The position numbers and the translations under genes were made by a program. Shown here in pieces: positions 48,317 to 57,554 of a DNA stretch of 64,000 bases. The notes beneath the pieces were generated by a model. That model did not search any database, was not told the origin of the DNA, and saw only the letters and a list, made by a program, of their open reading frames with translations. Source of the stretch: an uncultured Planctomycetia bacterium. GTDB taxonomy: Bacteria > Omnitrophota > Gorgyraeia > JABMRG01 > JAFGKX01. The stretch spans positions 7,313 to 71,312 of the forward strand of contig CAZMYR010000002.1 of assembly GCA_964570585.1 (NCBI GenBank), in the 5' to 3' direction. Positions within the stretch are counted from its first letter, which is position 1, and every line of letters starts with the position of its first letter.

Positions 48317-49747
48317 CTATTTATTTTTAATTGGGTTATAAAATACAAATTTTAAAAATGAGATTAGACCCTTAAATAAGTATCTAAAATAATGGAGATT
48401 TAGGCTCATCTTCATATATTTCCATAAAATCCTTGGCCTCAAATAGAACCTCCGAGTTATAAGCTGAATAAAGTACTCTATTTGCCTCTGCGACAATCCA
48501 TAAGGAACAAAAACGTAATTGTGTTCATTGAGAAGTCTCCAATTTCGATTAAATCTACCGTATCTATCTGCTCTTTGATAATCTAAGGTGCCGGGGAAAG
48601 GGGTGAAAGAATTCACAGTAAGAAGATCTAAATCTAATTTCAATATACGTTCCAATGTTTTATGAATGCTTTGAATTGTCTCAATAGGTGTTCCTACCAT
48701 AATATAGCCCTTAGAAATAATACCTGCTTGCTTGGTCCATTTTAATGCCTTAGCGATCATTTCAAGGTTAATATCCTTCTGCAAAAAATCCAATACTTGT
48801 TGAGAACAGCTCTCTATTCCATAGGCAATTCCCCAGCAACCTGCTTTTTTCATCAGATGAAGGAGTGGAAGTTTTGCCATGTTCACCCGGAGATTGCAGG
48901 ACCAAACTAAATTAAGTTTTTCTTTAATCAACATCTCGCATAACTTAACCAATCGCCTTCGATTTATTCCAAACGTACCATCATATATAGCCAAATCTCT
49001 GATACCGTATCTATAGTAAAGCGCTCTTATCATTTCCATTACATACTCAGCACTATGCTCTCTATAACATCTCCCCCATATCCCTTGGCTGCAAAAAGAA
49101 CAACGACCAGGACAGCCCCTGGAAGTAATCAAAGAGGTACAGGGAAGTTTCTTAAATCCAAAAGCTGAAGGCCGGTAGTATTTTTTTAAATCCGGGTATA
49201 AATCCCAAGCAGGAAAAAGCAAGGTATCCAGATTTTTAATAAGTGAGTGCGGGGGTGTCTTAACTATTTTGTCCTTATCTTTGTAAACTATTCCATTTAT
49301 ACTGCTTAAATCCCTGTTATTCTGAAGTGCATTTAACAACTCAACAAGCGTTACCTCCCCCTCTCCTATTATGCCTATATCAAATTGAGGGAACAAATTC
49401 ATTGTCTCTTCAGGTAAGGCACTTAAATGGGCGCCGCCTAAAATAATATACAGCTTATTATTCCTTAGTTTTAATACTCTTGCCACTTCAGCCGCAGAAT
49501 AAATTGACATAGTAACTGCAGTTATTCCGACATAGTTTGGTTGAAAAGAAAGAATACGGTCAATTGTTTGTTCAATATTTAATCTAAGTACCTCGCAATC
49601 TAAAATCTTAACCTCAAAACCTTCTTTCCTTAACGCGGAAGCTAAAAAGCCAAGGCCAAGCGGTGGCATGTAGACCCCAGCCTCAGCTAGCTCTCCATAA
49701 CGCTCTTTCCCGCTTAAAGGAGGGTTTACGAGAATTATTTTTGACAT
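48317..49747 (-). CDS. Cobalamin-binding (class B) radical SAM enzyme
   Basis: CPGRCSFC. B12-binding-like N-terminus. Confidence 0.8.
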   Translation of the reverse strand: MSKIILVNPPLSGKERYGELAEAGVYMPPLGLGFLASALRKEGFEVKILDCEVLRLNIEQTIDRILSFQPNYVGITAVTMSIYSAAEVARVLKLRNNKLYIILGGAHLSALPEETMNLFPQFDIGIIGEGEVTLVELLNALQNNRDLSSINGIVYKDKDKIVKTPPHSLIKNLDTLLFPAWDLYPDLKKYYRPSAFGFKKLPCTSLITSRGCPGRCSFCSQGIWGRCYREHSAEYVMEMIRALYYRYGIRDLAIYDGTFGINRRRLVKLCEMLIKEKLNLVWSCNLRVNMAKLPLLHLMKKAGCWGIAYGIESCSQQVLDFLQKDINLEMIAKALKWTKQAGIISKGYIMVGTPIETIQSIHKTLERILKLDLDLLTVNSFTPFPGTLDYQRADRYGRFNRNWRLLNEHNYVFVPYGLSQRQIEYFIQLITRRFYLRPRILWKYMKMSLNLHYFRYLFKGLISFLKFVFYNPIKNK

Positions 49748-49820
49748 GCTTTTAAAATTTTAAGGTTCTTTACCCCGCCCTTCCTTAAGTATTTTAAATT
49801 ACTATCAGGAAGGGCGGGGT

Positions 49821-50771
49821 TCACTCTATTTTTGCGCGGTTCTCCATTATTTTTTTAACAGAATAAGTAGGTTTTCCGGTAGTCTCATAATATGCCCTGA
49901 CAGATATCTCGGCTAACAACCCCATTAGAATAAACTGAAATCCGATTATGATAAACACCACCATTATAAACAATAGCGGGCTTACCCATACCCCTCCAAA
50001 ATATATCTTTCTTATGACTATTAAAACACCTAACAATACTCCTAAAATATTCGATACAATACCTGGAAAACCAAAAACATAGATAGGGTTACTTATATAA
50101 TTGTTAATAAATTCAGCAGTAAAAAAATCCAAAACCACTTTAAAAATACGGCCCAAACCATACTTCGAGTTACCACGGAATCTCTTTCTATGAGAAACTT
50201 CTACTTCGGCGATAGAAGCTCCTTGCCTTGCTGCATATATAGGCAATAATCTATGCATCTCTCCATATAGCCTCATCTTCTTAATTATATCTTTTTTATA
50301 AACCTTAAAGGTGCATCCGAAATCATGCAACTTAATTTTGCTAAGTTTTGAAATTAAATAATTCGCTATATAGGAGGGAATTTTCTTTGTAAAAAGGGGA
50401 TCCTCCCTCTTCCTGCGCCATCCACTAACAACATCAAAACCTTCCTCCATCTTATTAAGAAGCTTTGGTATATCCGAAGGGTTATTTTGCAAATCAGCAT
50501 CCAGAAAAACTATTATCTCTCCCCGCGAATAATCTATCCCTGCCTGCATAGCTGGTGTCTGTCCATAATGCTGGCTAAGCTGCACTAATCTTATTTTTTC
50601 AGAAGAATTAGCAATATTAATCAACGCCTTGAGACTATTATCTCTACTTCCATCGTCTATATATATAATCTCATAATCTTGGACCAGTGATTTCAATACC
50701 TTATTAAGTTCGCTATTTAAGACATTAAGATTCTTCTCCTCATTATATACAGGAATTATTACTGAAATCAT
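49821..50771 (-). CDS. GT2 polyprenyl-phosphate sugar synthase-like with C-terminal TMs (GtrB/ArnC-type). First gene of the long minus-strand operon
   Basis: ISVIIPVYNEE...IIYIDDGSRDNS. AGGAG SD 10 nt upstream of the ATG. Confidence 0.7.
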   Translation of the reverse strand: MISVIIPVYNEEKNLNVLNSELNKVLKSLVQDYEIIYIDDGSRDNSLKALINIANSSEKIRLVQLSQHYGQTPAMQAGIDYSRGEIIVFLDADLQNNPSDIPKLLNKMEEGFDVVSGWRRKREDPLFTKKIPSYIANYLISKLSKIKLHDFGCTFKVYKKDIIKKMRLYGEMHRLLPIYAARQGASIAEVEVSHRKRFRGNSKYGLGRIFKVVLDFFTAEFINNYISNPIYVFGFPGIVSNILGVLLGVLIVIRKIYFGGVWVSPLLFIMVVFIIIGFQFILMGLLAEISVRAYYETTGKPTYSVKKIMENRAKIE

Positions 50772-50792
50772 AAGCTAAGACTCCTAAGAATA

Positions 50793-50933
50793 GCACCGTT
50801 TCTGAAAGCAAAGGGGCAAGTGTCCCCCTTGCGGGCCCTGCATAATCGCGAAGCGATTAAGCAGGACTAGTCCTGTTGAAATCCTTTGGATTTCTACAGG
50901 GGACATTTGCTACTTTGCTTTCAGAAACGGTGC
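50793..50933. mobile_element. MITE-like 141-bp element with perfect 21-bp terminal inverted repeats (GCACCGTTTCTGAAAGCAAAG)
   Basis: TIRs at 50793-50813 and 50913-50933 are exact reverse complements. Internal palindromes AGGACTAGTCCT (50863-50874) and AATCGCGAAGCGATT. The core is the inverse of the 20798-20933 element. No transposase in the window. Confidence 0.6.
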
Positions 50934-50942
50934 ATCCTACGT

Positions 50943-53900
50943 TTACTCCCTCCCCCCTAAAACCATTATTCCCTTAAATCTTTTAAGAAACCATAAATAG
51001 AAACAAAATAACAGAGAAATCATAAATAAGAAAAATAAAATTAGTTTCTTATAAAAAGGCCTTTTAATGAGAAGATATTCAGAAGGGGTAGCCAAGTACT
51101 CCTCTTGCCTTTGAGCTATAGAGGGTGTTTTTAAATCCTGAAGTTTATTTATAGACTCTCTTAAGCTATCTATTTTCTCCTGTTTAGTTAATTTATTTAG
51201 AGAAGTAACTGCATTTAATTCTTTGCCTTCTTTTAAATTGGTTTCTTTTACCTCTAAACCCAACGTTAGGGCTAAATCTAACAGCTTCTCTCCCCTTTCT
51301 TTCCTTACTGGCCAGGTATTGCCATCTTCGGTTTGCCAGAGGTAGTGCCAGTCCTTCTCTGGCAAGGGTGTGACCAAACCAAACCTCTCCGGTTTCTCAT
51401 AAATCTCGGTACCGGCAATTAGATGAAGGGTATTGATGGATTTAATGGTATCAATATAATCAGCATTTCTTTTAATAAAATCTACTGTTTGCTTAAACTC
51501 AACCTCGCCTTCACCAGGAAACCCAATCATAACAAAGACCTCGGTTTTAATCCCCGCCTGCTTGGCAGCCTGGATAGCCTGTTCAGCCTCCTGAGAGGTG
51601 TATATCTTTCTCATCTTCTTTAAAACCTTATCAGAGGCGCTCTCTAAACCTATCTGTAAGACATCGCAACCAGATTCCTTCATCCTCTTAAATAATTCCC
51701 CCCTCATTTGCCTGGAAGGGGCAATCTGGCCATCCCAAGAAATTCTCAAATCTCTCTCCTTAATACAATCGCATATCTTAGATAGCTCCTCGGGGTCTCC
51801 GTTAAGAAGATTGTCGCTGACAGTAAACTTCTTTATCCCGTATTTATTCACATGGTGAGATAATTCCTCCGCAATAGATTCTACCTTCTTCATTCTGTAG
51901 CCAGGGGCTAAGCGAAAATTTTTGCAGAAACTACACTTTCCTCTACAACCCCTGGACCACTCAACCAGGAAAGCGTTTGAATGATAATTTTCTAAATCAA
52001 ACTCCTCATAGGTAGGAAAGGGCGCTTTTTCTAAATCCAAGGGGTCCCTCCTATTATATACCCAGTGATTATTCTTCTTAGTTACTGCTCCAGCTATTCC
52101 GGTTAATTCTTCTCCCTGATTTATCCTTTTAATAATCTCCAAAAGTGTCTCCTCCCCCTCTCCCACTACAAAGGCATCGATATCGTTACCCACATTATCT
52201 AAAAAACCCCTTCTTTGATACTCGGTAGAACAAGACGGTCCACCCAAAATAATCCTTTTATAAGGGGCCTTTTCCTTAAGCCTTCTAATCACCTCGATGG
52301 TAATATTTTCCCTGGGGTCAACTACGGAAAAACCGATTATATCTGTGGCTGAATTAGCCAAGGTATCAACACAATAATCTAATTGTTCTTTAAATAAATC
52401 CAAGAGTGCAGAGAAGGTATATTTATCATTCCAGAAATTCTTATTCTCCACATGCCAGAGCATCTTAAAATCATCACCAATAGTATTATGAAAATAGACG
52501 TTAAAATCGTAAACCTTGGGATTGAGCCTATATCTTTTTAAATAAGAAGCAAGATAGGCTAATCCGATAGGGGGATTATTCACTCCCCAGGGAGGTAGGG
52601 CAACAAGAAGAATATCAGCCATCTTCTTTCTAAAATCCATAGCTTGTAAATCCGTAGATTTCTCGATAAGATTAGTGCTGAAAATTTGGATATCCAGATC
52701 TTTTAAAACACTGATTACTCTTTCAGTTCTTCTCTTACGGGCCTTAAAATTATTTCCATCGGCAGTATACCAATGTGAATCTCTTAACTCTGGAGAAGAA
52801 GGGAAAAAAATTCCATATTTCTCGGAATTTATAGAGCAGTCGTTTTCTCTAACCGCATTACAGGTATTAATATTTGTTACTCCTGAAATATAATTTCTGT
52901 TCTTTTTAATAAATTCGATAGTTTGCTCAACATCAGCTTCTGTTTCTCCGGGAAATCCAAGAATAAAATTTAGCTGGGTGTTTATTCCTGCCTTACGGGT
53001 ATCCCTCAATACCTCTTCTATTATATCTATTGATAAAGACTTTCTCATCTTTTTTAAGACCTTATTTGAACCAGATTCTATGCCATAATTTAAGGTTAAG
53101 CATCCCGCCTTCCTCATCTTATATAAAAGTGGGTATCTCATTTGTCTTCTTGCTATTGCCAGAGCTATCCAGGTTAATTTATATTTTGAACCAATAATTA
53201 AATCGCATAATTTTCCCAACTCATTTATATTGCCATTAATGAGCGCGTCGTTGAAATAAAAATTGTTTATCTTATTCTTCTCAACATGGTATTTAATCTC
53301 CTCGAACATATTTTCAGCAGTCCTTATTCTATATTTGCCTGTTGCCCTCCAATCATCGCAAAAGGCGCATCTATTAATACAGCCTCTGCTCATTAAAAGA
53401 GGCAGGGCTTTCTCTGTATACTTCTCAAGGTTAAATTCCTCAAAAGTGGGATAGCTCAAGCTATCAAGTGAATTAACAAACTGAGGAATCTCAAAATTAT
53501 TTCCTTTGAGCCTACAAGAAACCACTCCGGGAATATCTATGGATAGATAATTCTCTTTTATTTTACTAACTAATTTAAACAGTGTCGGCTCTCCTTCACC
53601 AAGAACAAAAAAATCAATTATATCTTGAGGGAAAATTTGTTCTCTGTCCTGTTTTGACAAACAACCACGACCGCCAACCACAATTATTTTATCGGGGGAC
53701 CTTTCTTTAATCTGCTTGATTACCTCAATAGTGAATAACCTGTTTGAAGCGCAGACAGAAAATCCATAGATATTTGTATTTGAAAAAGAGAGAATTTTCT
53801 CCGCGCAATACTCAACTTCATTCTTTAATAGTTGCTTAAGTTGAATAAATGAATCCCAATCGCACCAATGTTTGCTGTTGTCCAAATTCCATAATTCTTT

Positions 53901-54071
53901 AACTCTATCACTAACTTTTTCATAAACATCGATATTTAGATCCAGAACTCCTGCCCTTATCTTTCTTGCTCTTAAATTTGCCGATAAATAAGCTAAACTC
54001 AAAAGTGGCATTTTTACTTCCCATGCTGGACAAGCTACCAAAATAATATCCTTATCGTTTATCATGTTCAA
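50943..54071 (-). CDS. Fused two-module cobalamin-binding radical SAM enzyme (1042 aa)
   Basis: Two complete B12-binding + radical SAM units with cysteine motifs CINRCAFC and CRGKCSFC. Confidence 0.8.
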   Translation of the reverse strand: MNMINDKDIILVACPAWEVKMPLLSLAYLSANLRARKIRAGVLDLNIDVYEKVSDRVKELWNLDNSKHWCDWDSFIQLKQLLKNEVEYCAEKILSFSNTNIYGFSVCASNRLFTIEVIKQIKERSPDKIIVVGGRGCLSKQDREQIFPQDIIDFFVLGEGEPTLFKLVSKIKENYLSIDIPGVVSCRLKGNNFEIPQFVNSLDSLSYPTFEEFNLEKYTEKALPLLMSRGCINRCAFCDDWRATGKYRIRTAENMFEEIKYHVEKNKINNFYFNDALINGNINELGKLCDLIIGSKYKLTWIALAIARRQMRYPLLYKMRKAGCLTLNYGIESGSNKVLKKMRKSLSIDIIEEVLRDTRKAGINTQLNFILGFPGETEADVEQTIEFIKKNRNYISGVTNINTCNAVRENDCSINSEKYGIFFPSSPELRDSHWYTADGNNFKARKRRTERVISVLKDLDIQIFSTNLIEKSTDLQAMDFRKKMADILLVALPPWGVNNPPIGLAYLASYLKRYRLNPKVYDFNVYFHNTIGDDFKMLWHVENKNFWNDKYTFSALLDLFKEQLDYCVDTLANSATDIIGFSVVDPRENITIEVIRRLKEKAPYKRIILGGPSCSTEYQRRGFLDNVGNDIDAFVVGEGEETLLEIIKRINQGEELTGIAGAVTKKNNHWVYNRRDPLDLEKAPFPTYEEFDLENYHSNAFLVEWSRGCRGKCSFCKNFRLAPGYRMKKVESIAEELSHHVNKYGIKKFTVSDNLLNGDPEELSKICDCIKERDLRISWDGQIAPSRQMRGELFKRMKESGCDVLQIGLESASDKVLKKMRKIYTSQEAEQAIQAAKQAGIKTEVFVMIGFPGEGEVEFKQTVDFIKRNADYIDTIKSINTLHLIAGTEIYEKPERFGLVTPLPEKDWHYLWQTEDGNTWPVRKERGEKLLDLALTLGLEVKETNLKEGKELNAVTSLNKLTKQEKIDSLRESINKLQDLKTPSIAQRQEEYLATPSEYLLIKRPFYKKLILFFLFMISLLFCFYLWFLKRFKGIMVLGGRE

Positions 54072-54103
54072 AGAAATACCTTAAGAGCACTGAAAAATTA
54101 CAT

Positions 54104-54985
54104 TTAATGTAAATAAGTTATTGCTGCCTCGCATCTTTTACAGATAAAGTCTTCTGGAGATTCAGTTTTACCCTCGACCATATCCCAGACCTTCTTTCTT
54201 CTTCCATTCCAGATCTCATAAATAGAAGAATTCTTTACATTACCCAATACTACTTCCCTCCTCCAATCCATACAGCAGATAACAGCATCGCCATTGTATA
54301 AAATAGGAAGTAACTCATTTGCCCAAATAGTGGCGCATCCACCGACAGAGGAATGTCTCACTTTGGGCAGAGAGCTAACATTTCCTGCTCGAGAGATAGG
54401 CCCTTCAAAATAGCTTATCTTTCTTATTCCTTTTTCTTGCCAGAAATTAAAGGTTTCCTCTTTCTCTTTCTCAGTCAAATACTTATGTTTTAGGAAGGTA
54501 ATTATAATAAATTCTTCAATATTTCGTCCAGACCTTCTGACCATTTCGATAAACTGACCGATTCTTTTTAGGGTAAGCTCAGGATTTAGGCCCGTAGCAC
54601 CGTAAATAGTTTTTGGATATATTCCATGAACGCTTATCCCTACCCAATCTAACTTAGAATTAATCAAGGCCATGGAGAGCTCTTCTGTTAAAAGGCTCCC
54701 ATTGGTCAAGATATGGATAGAGCTTTGAGGATTCTTTTCTTTAGCATAATTTATTTTTTTTACTATATCCTTATCCATCAAGGGTTCATTCATAAGATAG
54801 GGCATAATTCTTTCTATAGAAGAATTATATTGGCTGCACTCATCAACAATTTTTCTGTACAGATTCCCCTCCATATTGCCTTGAGGCAATTCATCTTTAA
54901 CCTCAGGATAAGGGCAAAAGATACACCTGCCATTGCAGCATGATGCAGTCTGGATCATTATATATTTAGGAAATTTTAAATGCAT
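54104..54985 (-). CDS. Small radical SAM protein with SPASM/twitch-type C-terminal Cys domain
   Basis: CCNGRCIFC. GGCATIWANELLPILYNGDAVICC...CKRCE. Confidence 0.65.
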   Translation of the reverse strand: MHLKFPKYIMIQTASCCNGRCIFCPYPEVKDELPQGNMEGNLYRKIVDECSQYNSSIERIMPYLMNEPLMDKDIVKKINYAKEKNPQSSIHILTNGSLLTEELSMALINSKLDWVGISVHGIYPKTIYGATGLNPELTLKRIGQFIEMVRRSGRNIEEFIIITFLKHKYLTEKEKEETFNFWQEKGIRKISYFEGPISRAGNVSSLPKVRHSSVGGCATIWANELLPILYNGDAVICCMDWRREVVLGNVKNSSIYEIWNGRRKKVWDMVEGKTESPEDFICKRCEAAITYLH

Positions 54986-54987
54986 AG

Positions 54988-57111
54988 TTAGATGGTATGT
55001 AGTTCGTGTGCTGAAATACCTATCCTTCCTGAAAAGTTCAGGTTATCTTTCATCATTCGCGCATTTAACATCCTTGCCTTCATTCTCTTAGGGCAATTCT
55101 GGACCTGGCCTAATACATTTAATTTGTTACCTGAAAAATCGAAAATAATATCTGGAAGGTTTCCTAAATCATCGCTCCTTAATTCTAAACACCCATTTTG
55201 ATGGTTGCCTAAAGTTATATCTCGCCAGATGCCTTCTGCCTCAGGGAAGTCTCCTTGCTCATCACCGCTAACCCAAGTCTTATATCTCTCAGAGGCCATT
55301 AAGCCCACTTTCCACTCCCCGATATCCAATTCTTTATTTAAATGGTTAGTTACCTTCCAGTGAAGCCGGCCTGAACCATCTATGGCCATCTTCCAGAGCT
55401 GGGTTATGGGCAGATTATCCCACTTGATCCAGGCAATAAACCGATGCCGGCCCATCTTTATCTTCCAGTGGCCCTGGGATGAATCGTGCCAATTTTTTCC
55501 GAGCTTAAAGGAGCTATTTAGACCCACATCTTCGGTTACCTCCTTATCCTGATAGTAGAGCTTTAGCCATCCATTATTCCAGCTAAGTTTTAGGGAATTT
55601 CTGATAATACTCCTGTCCCTGCCTCTATCTTCCCTCGCCTTATTGAGCTTATTAATAACCCTCCTTAGCTTCCAACCTTCGAATTTCCCATCTTCCATAG
55701 GATAATGATTAATTATCAAATGAGGTATTTTTAACTTATACAAAGTTAGAAGCACTTTTCGGAGTCGTTTCATCCTTACCTTAAAATTATTACCTGTATT
55801 ATCGTAGAAGTAATTCCAATTATCACTGGGTAAATAAATTCCGTACTTTTCAGGATGAAGCCCGATGTCTGCTGTAGGGTTAATAAATAAGGTTGAGACA
55901 TTGGTTACCTCATGGATATATTCCTTATTTCTCTCAATGAAATTAAGGGTCTCCTTAAAGCAAAAATTGTCTTCGCCAGGATGACCAACGATAATATTAA
56001 TAGTTGTCCGGATTCCGCTTTGGTAGGTTGCTCTGACTAGTCTCTCGGCATCCTGGCCGGTATAAGGCTTGTTCATCTTCTTGAGTACTTTATCCGATGC
56101 GTTATCCATACCGTAACATAAATTTCTGCATCCTGCTTCTTCCATTTTCTTAAGTAGTTTAAACTCCATATCTTTTCTTATAACAGCATAACTGCCCCAG
56201 TTAAATTTTAATTTTGATTCAATAACTAAGTCACAAAATGCCTCCAGTTGTCTGAGATTGCCATTACATTCTAAATCGTTGAATGAAAAGTTATTGCAGT
56301 CGTTATTCTCGATATGAAACCTGACTTCTTCTAATATGTCCTCCGGCTTCTTCCATCTATACGGTGCGCACATAGCGCAGTCAACACAAAAACTACATCG
56401 GCGAGGGCATCCCCTGCTCGATAAAAGGGGTAAGATTCTTGTATTTTGCTTAAGATATAAAGAGTACAAACTTAAATCAAATTCTTCAAATGTGGGAAAA
56501 GGGATAGTATCTAATTTCTTCACTGGGTCAGGTCTTTGCTCACCAATATATTTCCCATCTCTATGCATTAAAGTACCGGGGATGTCTCCGATAATACCTT
56601 TTTTATAAAATGAAATCAGGATATTTAATAAGGGTTTTTCTCCTTCTCCAATTACAAAAATATCCACCAAGCCCTTTTTAACTTTATAGAAATCCCAATA
56701 ACAACCTGGCCCGCCAAAAATTATTATCCTTTTCTTATCCCTTTGCTTGATAATCTCTGTAATCTTCTCTGCTACAAATAAACTCATATAATTAACTGAA
56801 AAACCGATAAATTTTGTTTCTATAGATAAAACTTGATTAACAAAAGAATCTACCTCTTTATCAAAAGCCCCTACTAAATCTTTGGCCACCTGTCGAGGGA
56901 GAAGTTGGAATAGGGTCTCGATCTTCCAAAATCTTTTATTCTTTCGAGAGGCCTTATTGTATAGGTAAGCATTAAGATCGATTATCTTTGAATTGAACCT
57001 ATGGCTATTTAGATAGGAAACCAGATAAGCGATACCTATAGGAGGCATCTTTGTCTCCCAGGGTGGCACCATAACCAAAACAATATCGGGTTTCTTAACT
57101 TGACTATTCAT
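54988..57111 (-). CDS. Cobalamin-binding radical SAM enzyme with ~230-aa Trp-rich C-terminal extension
   Basis: CPRRCSFC. The C-terminal region WKIKMGRHRFIAWIKWDN...GEWKVGLMASERYKTWVSGDEQGDFPEAEGIWRDITLGNHQNGC is duplicated at 57157-57568. Confidence 0.75.
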   Translation of the reverse strand: MNSQVKKPDIVLVMVPPWETKMPPIGIAYLVSYLNSHRFNSKIIDLNAYLYNKASRKNKRFWKIETLFQLLPRQVAKDLVGAFDKEVDSFVNQVLSIETKFIGFSVNYMSLFVAEKITEIIKQRDKKRIIIFGGPGCYWDFYKVKKGLVDIFVIGEGEKPLLNILISFYKKGIIGDIPGTLMHRDGKYIGEQRPDPVKKLDTIPFPTFEEFDLSLYSLYLKQNTRILPLLSSRGCPRRCSFCVDCAMCAPYRWKKPEDILEEVRFHIENNDCNNFSFNDLECNGNLRQLEAFCDLVIESKLKFNWGSYAVIRKDMEFKLLKKMEEAGCRNLCYGMDNASDKVLKKMNKPYTGQDAERLVRATYQSGIRTTINIIVGHPGEDNFCFKETLNFIERNKEYIHEVTNVSTLFINPTADIGLHPEKYGIYLPSDNWNYFYDNTGNNFKVRMKRLRKVLLTLYKLKIPHLIINHYPMEDGKFEGWKLRRVINKLNKAREDRGRDRSIIRNSLKLSWNNGWLKLYYQDKEVTEDVGLNSSFKLGKNWHDSSQGHWKIKMGRHRFIAWIKWDNLPITQLWKMAIDGSGRLHWKVTNHLNKELDIGEWKVGLMASERYKTWVSGDEQGDFPEAEGIWRDITLGNHQNGCLELRSDDLGNLPDIIFDFSGNKLNVLGQVQNCPKRMKARMLNARMMKDNLNFSGRIGISAHELHTI

Positions 57112-57156
57112 TACTAAAAAATATCAATTCAGATTCTTCATTTTTCTCATTACTCT

Positions 57157-57540
57157 CTACTTTTTAAGCACTATCTTTCCTGAAAAGTTCAGGTTATCTT
57201 TCATCATTCGCGCATTTAACATCCTTGCCTTCATTCTCTTAGGGCAATTCTGGACCTGGCCTAATACATTTAATTTGTTACCTGAAAAATCGAAAATAAT
57301 ATCTGGAAGGTTTCCTAAATCATCGCTCCTTAATTCTAAACACCCATTTTGATGGTTGCCTAAAGTTATATCTCGCCAGATGCCTTCTGCCTCAGGGAAG
57401 TCTCCTTGCTCATCACCGCTAACCCAAGTCTTATATCTCTCAGAGGCCATTAAGCCCACTTTCCACTCCCCGATATCCAATTCTTTATTTAAATGGTTAG
57501 TTACCTTCCAGTGAAGCCGGCCTGAACCATCTATGGCCAT
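57157..57540 (-). pseudogene. Gene fragment: exact duplicate of the C-terminal 120 codons of 54988..57111 (DNA identity 55018-55408 vs 57171-57568)
   Basis: The identity extends ~28 nt upstream of the ORF's first Met. This suggests a duplication remnant rather than an independent gene. It could be expressed as a standalone domain. Confidence 0.5.
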
Positions 57541-57554
57541 CTTCCAGAGCTGGG

